The notes below the pieces were generated by a model, which worked only from the letters and a program-made list of their open reading frames with translations, was not told the origin of the DNA and did no database searches. This document shows, in pieces, positions 9,341-17,197 of a stretch of 64,000 nucleotides of DNA (positions are counted from its first letter, which is position 1; the number at the start of each line of letters is the position of its first letter). The stretch covers positions 6,831 to 70,830 of the forward strand of contig CAAGAN010000020.1 in assembly GCA_900767825.1 (NCBI GenBank), in the 5' to 3' direction. The position numbers and the translations under genes are program-made. Source of the stretch: Bacilli bacterium (GTDB lineage: Bacteria > Bacillota_I > Bacilli_A > RFN20 > CAG-826).

Positions 9341-10265
9341 TTTAATTTTAGATATAGCTAGTAAAAAAGCATTTGATCTTCGTTGCGATGGTTCTCCTTT
9401 TTGCCCATATCCATCTCCAACTAGATTTGGGGTAAATAAAGAAAGATTTACCTTCAAAAGCAAGAATAATACCCTTGTTGGTTATAGATATTTTTTAAAT
9501 AAGAATGAATATAGGGCCAAGGTCATATTTTTCCATGGCTTTGGAGCAGGGCATACAGCTTATTCAAAAGAGATATCAGAAATAGCAAAACAAGATTATT
9601 TGGTCTATTCATTTGATTACACGGGTTGCATGGAATCGGAAGGGGAGAACATAATCTCTCTTGCCCAGGCCGTACTAGATATGGATGCATTTTTTGACTA
9701 TCTAGATAAAAATGATGATCATCCTGAATTAGAGACTTATTCAATTGGACATTCCTGGGGAGGATTTATTTCTTTATTGACTCTAGATAAAAAATATAAT
9801 GTCTCTAAAGCCATCTCTTTAGCAGGAATGCCTTCAGTTAGCTATTCTTTTATCCAGAAAGCCCCTTTTCTAGCGAAAAAGAAGAAACAGATAAATAAAT
9901 ATATTGCAAAAAGATTCTCGTCTCTTGCTTCTAAAGATGCTTTTGAAGTTGCCTTAGAATCAAATAAGCCATTCCTTTATATCCAAGGAGATTTAGATGA
10001 GATACTTCCATATAAAGATTGCTTGGTTAAATTTGAAAAGATGGCTAAAGAAAATAAAAATGCCCATTTCCTAACTGTTTCTAACCGTCATCATCAACCT
10101 TATTATGATATGGACGCATGCAATTACTTTAATGAATTGTTCTTTAAAAAACATATAGGGGATCCAAATCATTCAAGCGATGTAGTAATAGATGAACCTA
10201 GATTATTTAAAGATGATAAACAGGTAATGAAGTCTATATTCGACTTTTTCTCTAATAAAGACTAA
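9330..10265 (+). CDS. alpha/beta-fold hydrolase (esterase-like)
   Basis: 'IFFHGFGAGH' and nucleophile elbow 'GHSWGG' (G-x-S-x-G). Confidence 0.65.
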   Translation: MCANLILDIASKKAFDLRCDGSPFCPYPSPTRFGVNKERFTFKSKNNTLVGYRYFLNKNEYRAKVIFFHGFGAGHTAYSKEISEIAKQDYLVYSFDYTGCMESEGENIISLAQAVLDMDAFFDYLDKNDDHPELETYSIGHSWGGFISLLTLDKKYNVSKAISLAGMPSVSYSFIQKAPFLAKKKKQINKYIAKRFSSLASKDAFEVALESNKPFLYIQGDLDEILPYKDCLVKFEKMAKENKNAHFLTVSNRHHQPYYDMDACNYFNELFFKKHIGDPNHSSDVVIDEPRLFKDDKQVMKSIFDFFSNKD

Positions 10266-10278
10266 AATTCTTTTCGTT

Positions 10279-10362
10279 GCACTGGTGGCGGAATGGTATA
10301 CGCGTTGGTCTCAGAAGCCAATCGGGAAACCGGTGTGAGTTCAAGTCTCATCCAGTGCACCA
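10279..10362 (+). tRNA. tRNA-Leu (anticodon CAG)
   Basis: Acceptor GCACTGG/CCAGTGC, anticodon loop CTCAGAA and a long variable arm. CCA is encoded. Confidence 0.8.
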
Positions 10363-10479
10363 ATTTTGATGAAATAATAGAAAAAAGTCGCGCGAATCCA
10401 TTTCTCTTTTTAAGTAGTTTTCTTAAAAGCATAAGTCGAACTTAAAATCTTGTTAATAGTTCGCTAAAATATACCTGTT

Positions 10480-10805
10480 CATATATTTAGACCATAGACG
10501 TGTTTTGACATAATAAGTGGCAATAGATATATAGGGCTATCACACTACGTGTTAGGGTGTGGTAATAGGGAAAGTATCGCCCAGTAGTGGTATGAGGGCA
10601 TGGAAGAAGAGGTCGCGTAGGAGACGCTTCTATGTTCAAGAGGACCATCGCGCTCCCTACAATTAGAACTAATTGAGCATGTGGCCGTCACGAGGATGAC
10701 GTAACACCAGCAGTTAATGGACTAAGTCGATAACTGCAAGAAGGTGTTTTCATTGTGGTGGCGGTTTTTATTACCCCCTTTCGAAAGCACGACTTGTTTA
10801 ACTAA
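10480..10805. ncRNA. candidate large structured non-coding RNA or foreign non-coding remnant (unclassified)
   Basis: GC is about 48-50% in a roughly 30% GC genome. There is no ORF of 60 aa or more on either strand, and multiple local hairpins are visible (CGTCA-CGAGGA-TGACG; GCGT-AGGAG-ACGC; CACAC...GTGTG). It lies directly 3' of tRNA-Leu. Confidence 0.3.
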
Positions 10806-10920
10806 CGAAAGGAGATTTTATTTATGGTTATAGTTGGTGATGCTAGAAAAAATTATGAGAGATTAGGCGTTTTTTTAATCCTTGCGTTTGAATGATTTGC
10901 TTTTCTGGAGAATAAGTGAA

Positions 10921-11922
10921 ATGAAAAAATATGAAGCTAACGCATTTGATTCCAAAGAGATAATTTGTTTGGTTAAAGACATAAAAAGAGATATTTTATC
11001 AACAAGAAACAAGATTTTAAGTGATGCTAATAAGGAATTGATTTTGTTATATTTTAGAATTGGCAAGATTATTAGTGAAAATCAAAAATACGGTTCTAAT
11101 TTTATCAACACTCTATCGACGTCTTTGAAAATTGATTTTCCTGATTCTACTGGTTTTTCGCCTAGAAACCTTAACAGGATGAGAAAATTTTACGAAACTT
11201 ACGCTGATTTTTCAATTTTGCCACCGGCAGTGGCAAAATTGCCATGGACCCATAATTCAATATTAGTAGATCGCATAGATGATCCGATTGTGAGGAATTG
11301 GTATGCTGAACAATGCCTTAAAAATGGATGGAATAAAGTTGTTCTTAATCACCAAATCAGCTTAAATCTTTACGATAGACAAGCAGACAATTCTAAAAAA
11401 CTAACAAATTTTGATAAACAATTGCCTACCATCCAAGGTGAACTTGCGGCCGATGTCATAAAAGATCCCTATATTTTTGAATTATCAGGATTATCAGAAA
11501 GGCATCAAGAAAGGGATATTGAAAAGGCAATGCTTGAGAAAATAAAAACAGTTCTTCTTGAACTGGGCAAAGGATTCTCGTTCGTAGGAAATCAATATCG
11601 CATTAGTACCGAACAGAAGGATTATTATATAGATTTGCTATTTTATCACCTTAATTTGAGGTGTTTTGTGGTTGTAGAATTGAAGAACGCCGATTTTGAT
11701 CCATCGCTTATCGGGCAACTTCAATTTTACGTAACTGCGATTGACGAGACGGTCAAACAGGCTGATGACAATCCGACAATAGGACTATTGCTTTGTCAAA
11801 ATAAGGATAAATTCTCAGTTGAATGGTCTTTGAAATCAACGATGGCTCCTATTGGTGTTACATCATATCAAGTTAAAGAATATTTGCCATCCGAGGAAGA
11901 AATTAATAAATACATCAAATAA
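10921..11922 (+). CDS. YhcG-like PDDEXK-superfamily nuclease (DUF1016)
   Basis: The core 'YYIDLLFYHLNLRCFVVVELK' matches paralog 57293..58330 ('FFADLVFYNRLLRCFVVIDLK') and the DUF1016/YhcG family. An ATG at 10921 with an upstream GGAGAA is preferred over the TTG at 10882 in the ORF track. Confidence 0.7.
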   Translation: MKKYEANAFDSKEIICLVKDIKRDILSTRNKILSDANKELILLYFRIGKIISENQKYGSNFINTLSTSLKIDFPDSTGFSPRNLNRMRKFYETYADFSILPPAVAKLPWTHNSILVDRIDDPIVRNWYAEQCLKNGWNKVVLNHQISLNLYDRQADNSKKLTNFDKQLPTIQGELAADVIKDPYIFELSGLSERHQERDIEKAMLEKIKTVLLELGKGFSFVGNQYRISTEQKDYYIDLLFYHLNLRCFVVVELKNADFDPSLIGQLQFYVTAIDETVKQADDNPTIGLLLCQNKDKFSVEWSLKSTMAPIGVTSYQVKEYLPSEEEINKYIK

Positions 11923-12077
11923 TTCTTGCAACAAATTTGCCAGTAAATTATCTTTGGATTCGTTTACTTTTGTTATGTGTTCTAAATTCAAGTATGAATG
12001 GGCTTTGGTCATACTCAAACAGATAAAACCAACTCTGAAAAATATTAAGTAAATTCAAATTAGTGATAAGTACTATG

Positions 12078-12106
12078 AATTTTGCCACCGGCGGTGGCAA
12101 AATTGC
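12078..12106. repeat. 30-nt palindromic segment duplicating an internal piece of the YhcG CDS (11215..11240)
   Basis: AATTTTGCCACCGGC[G/A]GTGGCAAAATTGC occurs at 11213..11242 inside the gene (encoding ILPPAVAKLP) and again at 12078..12106. The copy forms a 10-bp stem hairpin. Confidence 0.5.
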
Positions 12107-12179
12107 TATTCCCCATTAATTAAGCGCTTCGATAAAACAAAAATTGTTATTTATTATGTTTTTATCTATATTCATAAGG

Positions 12180-12314
12180 CTAATTGTTGGTGTATTTATG
12201 GAAAGTATTGGAAAAATGACTTTGAGAAGAAAATCTTAAATAAGCCGCTATAGCAGTGACTGGCTTATCGCTATATCGAATAAGTCTTTTTGTTTTCTCG
12301 ATTTTTTCTTTCAT
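12180..12314 (-). pseudogene. C-terminal fragment of an AraC-family HTH regulator (gene remnant)
   Basis: Minus-strand translation gives '...ITISDYIMKEKIEKTKRLIRYSDKPVTAIAAYLRFSSQSHFSNTFHKYTNN*', which is the second HTH of AraC proteins. In-frame stops lie immediately upstream and there is no N-terminal domain. Confidence 0.5.
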
Positions 12315-12394
12315 GATGTAATCTGAAATGGTTATCCTTTTTTTCTTTTGCAAACAAATGACTTAATAAGCTTATTGATTTAGAATATCGTTAC

Positions 12395-12471
12395 GTGCTC
12401 GTAGCTCAGCTGGATAGAGCGTAAGCCTCCGAAGCTTAAGGTCAGCCGTTCAAATCGGCTCGGGCACGCCA
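12395..12471 (+). tRNA. tRNA-Arg (anticodon CCG)
   Basis: Cloverleaf with anticodon loop CTCCGAA and T-loop TTCAAAT. CCA is encoded. Confidence 0.85.
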
Positions 12472-12556
12472 GAAAAGCGATCTAGCATTTATGTTAAAAT
12501 AGCTGCAGCCTTCCTTATTAAAGTTGCTGTATTTTCTTTATGTCAGGAATAAGCAC

Positions 12557-12590
12557 AAAAAACTGCCCTGAATTAATCAAGGCAGTCATG
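12557..12590 (-). terminator. rho-independent terminator of the 12607..13611 gene
   Basis: Minus strand CTGCCTTGA-TTAAT-TCAGGGCAG, a 9-bp stem with one G-U pair, followed by TTTTTTGTG. Confidence 0.55.
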
Positions 12591-12606
12591 CTGTTTTGTT
12601 TAGTTA

Positions 12607-13611
12607 TTAGATAGCTGGTAAGAAGCCTGCAACAACTGCAAATATCATTAAGACAACGCAGATAACCATACAGGTGATTTGAATTGGTTTGCTATTTTTG
12701 ATGTATTTGACTTTTTTGTCGAATGGTTCGAACATGAAGTTTTCTTCAAACCATCTCTTTCCACCGATTTGTAAGATGCCACCGAAAGTAAGAGTGCTGG
12801 CACGGAATAATAACCAAAGTCCTGGATCAGGAAGCATTCCGAATCTGCCCATTCCAACAAGAGGTCCAACAAAGACACCAATGATTGGGGCTAGTAAGAA
12901 GCCAACGTGCATCAAGGCGACTGAGGAAGAGAATTCGCCAGTGACGAATAGCCAGTTCCAGATTGTATAGGCAATCATCATGGCAACAGTAATTGCAATA
13001 CCGACTGTGGTGGTGCTTGTTATGTTGCTATTGAAGATGTTTGCTTGGTTAGTGATATAGGTAGAAGTGAAGGCTACTTCAGAACCAAGCTTAGAGAATC
13101 CATCGATATAATAGATTGGAGAATTAGCAGTAGCAGTAGTTCCCCAGGTAGAGCCAAGGAAGAAAGCGCTGGCACCGATAGCGATAAATAAACCGGAAAC
13201 ACCATTGAAGTACTGCTTGTTTTTAAAGAAGTCAGTCATGGTAGCTTCCAATATGTTAATGATATAAAGGCTTAAGACAATAATGACAAATATTGGCCCA
13301 GGTAATAATGCGAAACATGAAAATAATACAAGGATTCTTCCTACGAGCAATGTAGATAGCTTCAATGTTTCGAAGAATACAGGCTTCATCGCGATTAATA
13401 CGATAATGCCACAGAGGATGTTGAACGGAATGTTTCCGTATGCTTGGAATTTAGATGTTAAGACCGATACTCCTAAAATAGTAGCGGTAAACATCAACCA
13501 TTTTAAGAAGATGTCTAGAGCTGGTGTGACACGATAATCAATCGCTTCAGGACCCGGCGCAAACATTTTCTTGAGCCTTTCAGCTCTTTGTTGCTTTTTT
13601 TCGTTGTCCAT
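12607..13611 (-). CDS. polytopic integral membrane protein (hypothetical)
   Basis: 334 aa with about 8 hydrophobic helices. No recognisable family. Confidence 0.6.
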   Translation of the reverse strand: MDNEKKQQRAERLKKMFAPGPEAIDYRVTPALDIFLKWLMFTATILGVSVLTSKFQAYGNIPFNILCGIIVLIAMKPVFFETLKLSTLLVGRILVLFSCFALLPGPIFVIIVLSLYIINILEATMTDFFKNKQYFNGVSGLFIAIGASAFFLGSTWGTTATANSPIYYIDGFSKLGSEVAFTSTYITNQANIFNSNITSTTTVGIAITVAMMIAYTIWNWLFVTGEFSSSVALMHVGFLLAPIIGVFVGPLVGMGRFGMLPDPGLWLLFRASTLTFGGILQIGGKRWFEENFMFEPFDKKVKYIKNSKPIQITCMVICVVLMIFAVVAGFLPAI

Positions 13612-13785
13612 AAATACTCCTTATTTTGTGTTTTCGACAAACGATTATTAGAAAACTAAAGCCTACTTTAACCTATTCTGCCCTAAAAAGATAGCAAAAT
13701 AGGTATTTTTGGTAATTTATAAAGTCTTTTTAAGTAAATTAAAAGAGGCTATTATTGATTAAGACAATAACCTCTAAATTAATGT

Positions 13786-15747
13786 TTAGGCTGAAGTTAC
13801 TTCTTTTAATTCTAGTTGATGATTGGCTACTTTATCTTCGTTTTGGAGCTTAGTGATTTTTATTATCAAAGGCACTTTATCTTCGAATTGATTATTGTTT
13901 GTCAATACGAATGTGTCATTGTCTTCTATAGATGCATATTGAAGTTTAGAGTTGCCATTATTTTTGAATACGCTGTAAGCTTTTTCAGTAGGAGTATCAT
14001 TAAATCCAAGACTTCCATATGTAGATATTTTTAGATTGTAAGTTTTGCCTTTAGGCACCGTAACAGTAACAGCAAGATACCTTGATTGGTTTACTCCTAG
14101 GTTCATGTAAGTGGTGTAATCAGATACATCGGTGAATGGTTTTAGCTTTTCGACTTCGATCTTTGTTAAGGTTGTGTAATCTAATTTAGCCGCTAGTTCT
14201 GCTTCGGAATTAATAGGATTATTAATCCTGAACCTTAAATCGGGGGTTTCTCCCTTTGTCGGATAATTTGTTGGACCTAACATTTCTAATGGGAATTCTA
14301 ATTTTGAATTAATTAGGTAGTCATTAGGCTTCAAGGTGCCGTTTTTCATTTCGACTCTATATGCATTGCCGGTATTTCCATTAGATTTATTAGTGCTATG
14401 CGAATACACACTGTTGGCTTTTACATATACTTCTGGCGATAAATCATCATAATTCAATATGGTGACTTTATTGTCTTTTACGGTCGGCACAAAATTTGGA
14501 TTATCGAAAACTAAATCAGTTACAGGAACATTGTTTTTCCTTCCAAAGGACTTATATTCAGGTTTATTTGCCCTTAATTTAAGGGTAATTGGATTTCCCA
14601 AATCAGTAACTGTATATGTCTCTAATTCTTTATAGGTAATAGAAGTATCATTTGCTAAAGCAGCATCAAATGGGAAATAATAATCGGATTTGATTGCAAC
14701 TTTATATGGTTCGATTACAAATGCAGCTTCAGTTATTTTTCCTGCTGCATAATTTAGATTACCCGTGCAATAAAGGGCAACTTTATAAGTTCCAACATCA
14801 GTTGGGGCAGTTGTTGAATAAGCTTCGTCTCCAGCAGAGGCTTCTTTATAGCGGATTTCAACAGGCCCATTAAAGGAAACTGCTAAAGTATAATCGGATG
14901 AAGCTATTCCTTGAGGTTTGACATTATATGTTTTAGGAGAGATTTCACGGATAAATGCTAATCCAGATACATCCCTAACATAACCGCAGTCATTGCAGGA
15001 ATTATCTTCATCATTATCATAAGTATGTGGGACAGATGCTTTTTCTACTTGTTCATGGACTGAACATGTACTTACTTGTTTATGTGTAGACCCATCAACG
15101 ATTACGAATTTAAATGTATGCTCTACTTCGTTTTTCTTTAATGGGGTTTCGTGATTACAGGTAGTTTCTTCCCAGTGCTTATCTAGATCATAATTGATTT
15201 TCCAGGTATGGGTGGCACTATTTTGTATTGTCCTAGTTTCTTCATAATTACAGACACTACAAAGTCTATGCTCAACTTTATCGGTGTCTACACTAGCCTC
15301 GGTTTTAGTTGCCCATTCTCCAAAAGTATGGGCAGCAAAATCCTTTTTGATTGGTTCGTGGTTATGTGGGGTTTTGGAATCGCATTTACTAGCATGGTAG
15401 TGACCTGTTTCATCTTTTGCCCAGTTATCCATATCGATTTCATGGATATATGTCCCTTCTATAACTCTTTCGGTTTTATAAGAACAAACACTGCAAGTTC
15501 CTTCTTCTACTTTATCAGTGTGAATACCTGATTCGGTTTTAACTGTCCAAGTAAATGTATGGGCGGCCCTATCTTTTTCTTCTTTGCAGCCTTCATCAAG
15601 GCAAGCATGCCAATGTTCAGTTGGACTTACATCCCATTCTTCTTTGTAATTATGCTTATCACCTTTATTGCAACCTGTGGCTAATAAGGTAGACGAGACT
15701 AAAAACAATAAAGAAATGGAAGATTTTAAAATATATTCTTTCTTCAT
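13786..15747 (-). CDS. surface lipoprotein with repeated Cys/His-rich modules
   Basis: Lipobox 'LLATGC'. Repeats include '...AAHTFTWTVKTESGIHTDKVEEGTCSVCSYKTER' and '...AAHTFGEWATKTEASVDTDKVEHRLCSVCNYEETR', with further H..H/C..C units. Confidence 0.7.
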   Translation of the reverse strand: MKKEYILKSSISLLFLVSSTLLATGCNKGDKHNYKEEWDVSPTEHWHACLDEGCKEEKDRAAHTFTWTVKTESGIHTDKVEEGTCSVCSYKTERVIEGTYIHEIDMDNWAKDETGHYHASKCDSKTPHNHEPIKKDFAAHTFGEWATKTEASVDTDKVEHRLCSVCNYEETRTIQNSATHTWKINYDLDKHWEETTCNHETPLKKNEVEHTFKFVIVDGSTHKQVSTCSVHEQVEKASVPHTYDNDEDNSCNDCGYVRDVSGLAFIREISPKTYNVKPQGIASSDYTLAVSFNGPVEIRYKEASAGDEAYSTTAPTDVGTYKVALYCTGNLNYAAGKITEAAFVIEPYKVAIKSDYYFPFDAALANDTSITYKELETYTVTDLGNPITLKLRANKPEYKSFGRKNNVPVTDLVFDNPNFVPTVKDNKVTILNYDDLSPEVYVKANSVYSHSTNKSNGNTGNAYRVEMKNGTLKPNDYLINSKLEFPLEMLGPTNYPTKGETPDLRFRINNPINSEAELAAKLDYTTLTKIEVEKLKPFTDVSDYTTYMNLGVNQSRYLAVTVTVPKGKTYNLKISTYGSLGFNDTPTEKAYSVFKNNGNSKLQYASIEDNDTFVLTNNNQFEDKVPLIIKITKLQNEDKVANHQLELKEVTSA

Positions 15748-15792
15748 AGATTTCTCCTTGAGTAAAAATTACCATATCTAGTTAATTTAGAC

Positions 15793-15810
15793 AGTACCCA
15801 TGTGGGTACT
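15793..15810. promoter_or_regulatory. 18-bp perfect palindrome AGTACCCATGTGGGTACT in a divergent promoter region
   Basis: Read directly from the sequence. It lies between the divergent genes 13786..15747 (minus) and 15940..16482 (plus). Confidence 0.3.
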
Positions 15811-15939
15811 TTTAGGGAAAGCTATTATAAATAATGCGATATGGTGTCTTTTTTATTCTTTTATTTATTTTAAATAAAGAAGTGATTTCTTTCTTATTTC
15901 TTTATAAGAAGAATTGCTATAGAATTCTACTAGTCACAT

Positions 15940-16482
15940 ATGAAAAAGATTTTTATTCTTGACTCTAGTTTTAGAGAGGGTTCTAACTCTTCTTACCTTG
16001 CCTTGAGTTTTGCAAAAGGGGCAAAAGAAGCAGGACATGATGTTAAATACATCAAGTTGAAAGACTTGAATCTATATTTTTGTAAGGGCTGTTTAGCGTG
16101 TTCTAATTTAAAGAAATGCGTCATTAAAGACGACATGAATTCTCTTTATGATGTAGTCTCTTCTAGCGATATATTAGTTTTTGCTGCACCTGTTTATTAT
16201 TATGATATCCCAGGTCAATTAAAGACATTTTTGGATAGGCTTAATCCGCTTTATTTTAGAAACAATAATTTCAAGGAAGTATATTTGCTTTCTGCCTCTG
16301 CTGAAGATGATGAAAAAGCGATTGAAGGATCAAAGCAAACGCTTTCAAATTGGATAAGTTGCTTTGACGGGGTATCTTTAGTAGGGACTTATCTAGCCAA
16401 GGGAATGGATAAGCCTAATCAAATCGTCACTATGCCAAACTTATTAGAAGGGACATATAGATTAGGAAACAACATCAAATAA
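15940..16482 (+). CDS. flavodoxin-like fold NAD(P)H-dependent FMN reductase / iron-sulfur flavoprotein-like
   Basis: 'MKKIFILDSSFREGSNSSYLA', 'CKGCLAC' and 'ILVFAAPVYYYDIPGQLKTFLDR' are typical of multimeric flavodoxin (WrbA/NADPH-FMN reductase) proteins. Confidence 0.7.
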   Translation: MKKIFILDSSFREGSNSSYLALSFAKGAKEAGHDVKYIKLKDLNLYFCKGCLACSNLKKCVIKDDMNSLYDVVSSSDILVFAAPVYYYDIPGQLKTFLDRLNPLYFRNNNFKEVYLLSASAEDDEKAIEGSKQTLSNWISCFDGVSLVGTYLAKGMDKPNQIVTMPNLLEGTYRLGNNIK

Positions 16483-16543
16483 TCATTTATGGAATTAAAT
16501 ATCGTCATCAACTTAATAAGCATTATTGCTTTAGGGGTTAAAA

Positions 16544-17197
16544 ATGGATAACAAGATTACACCCAAAAAAGTCGGATTTTTCTATTTCTTTTTCAAATAT
16601 GCCTTTGATTTCTTGGTATCTTTGATATCGATTATTATCTTATTACCTGTTTTTATTATCCTTGGTATTGTTGTCAAGTGTTCTTCTAAAGGGCCTATAT
16701 TCTTTGTTGATAAAAGGGTAGGGAAAAACGAAAAGATGATAGGCGTTTTGAAGTTCCGTACGATGTATGTAGATGCAGAGACCAATATTGAGAAATATTT
16801 AACTCCAGAACAAATAAAGGCCTGGAAAGAAGAAAGAAAGCTAGAAAATGATCCTAGGATTACTAAAATAGGTAACTTCTTACGTAAATCTAGCCTAGAT
16901 GAATTGCCTCAGCTTTTTAATATCCTTATTGGTCAAATGTCGATTGTTGGACCTAGACCGATTTCAAAAAGGGAATATGATGCCTATTATAATGATGAAG
17001 AAAAAAAGATTCTTTCTACTGCTCGCCCTGGATTAACCGGATATTGGCAGGTATATGGAAGGAATGAAGTTGATTACGCTTCTGGGGAGCGTTCTAGACT
17101 TACGATGGAATATTTTAAGAAGCGCAGCCTTTTGCTTGATTTAAAAATCATCTTTAAGACTTTTGTCGTAGTAATTTCAGGAAAAGGTGCCGAATAA
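16544..17197 (+). CDS. initiating sugar phosphotransferase (bacterial sugar transferase family, WbaP/EpsL-like)
   Basis: N-terminal TM helix, then 'VGPRP' and 'PGLTGYWQV' hallmark motifs. Confidence 0.8.
   Translation: MDNKITPKKVGFFYFFFKYAFDFLVSLISIIILLPVFIILGIVVKCSSKGPIFFVDKRVGKNEKMIGVLKFRTMYVDAETNIEKYLTPEQIKAWKEERKLENDPRITKIGNFLRKSSLDELPQLFNILIGQMSIVGPRPISKREYDAYYNDEEKKILSTARPGLTGYWQVYGRNEVDYASGERSRLTMEYFKKRSLLLDLKIIFKTFVVVISGKGAE

Noticed and set aside
10390-10870. RNase P RNA, tmRNA, SRP RNA, 6S RNA or an rRNA fragment as the identity of the GC-rich segment
   Set aside because: I could not find the diagnostic conserved blocks: no AGGAAAGTCC-like P4 sequence, no tmRNA tag-peptide reading frame with a tRNA-like 3' end, and no 5S/23S-like stretches. 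It is left unclassified.
12078-12106. The downstream palindrome copy as a rho-independent terminator of YhcG-1
   Set aside because: The stem is good (10 bp), but no U-rich tract follows on either strand, and it lies 150 bp past the stop.
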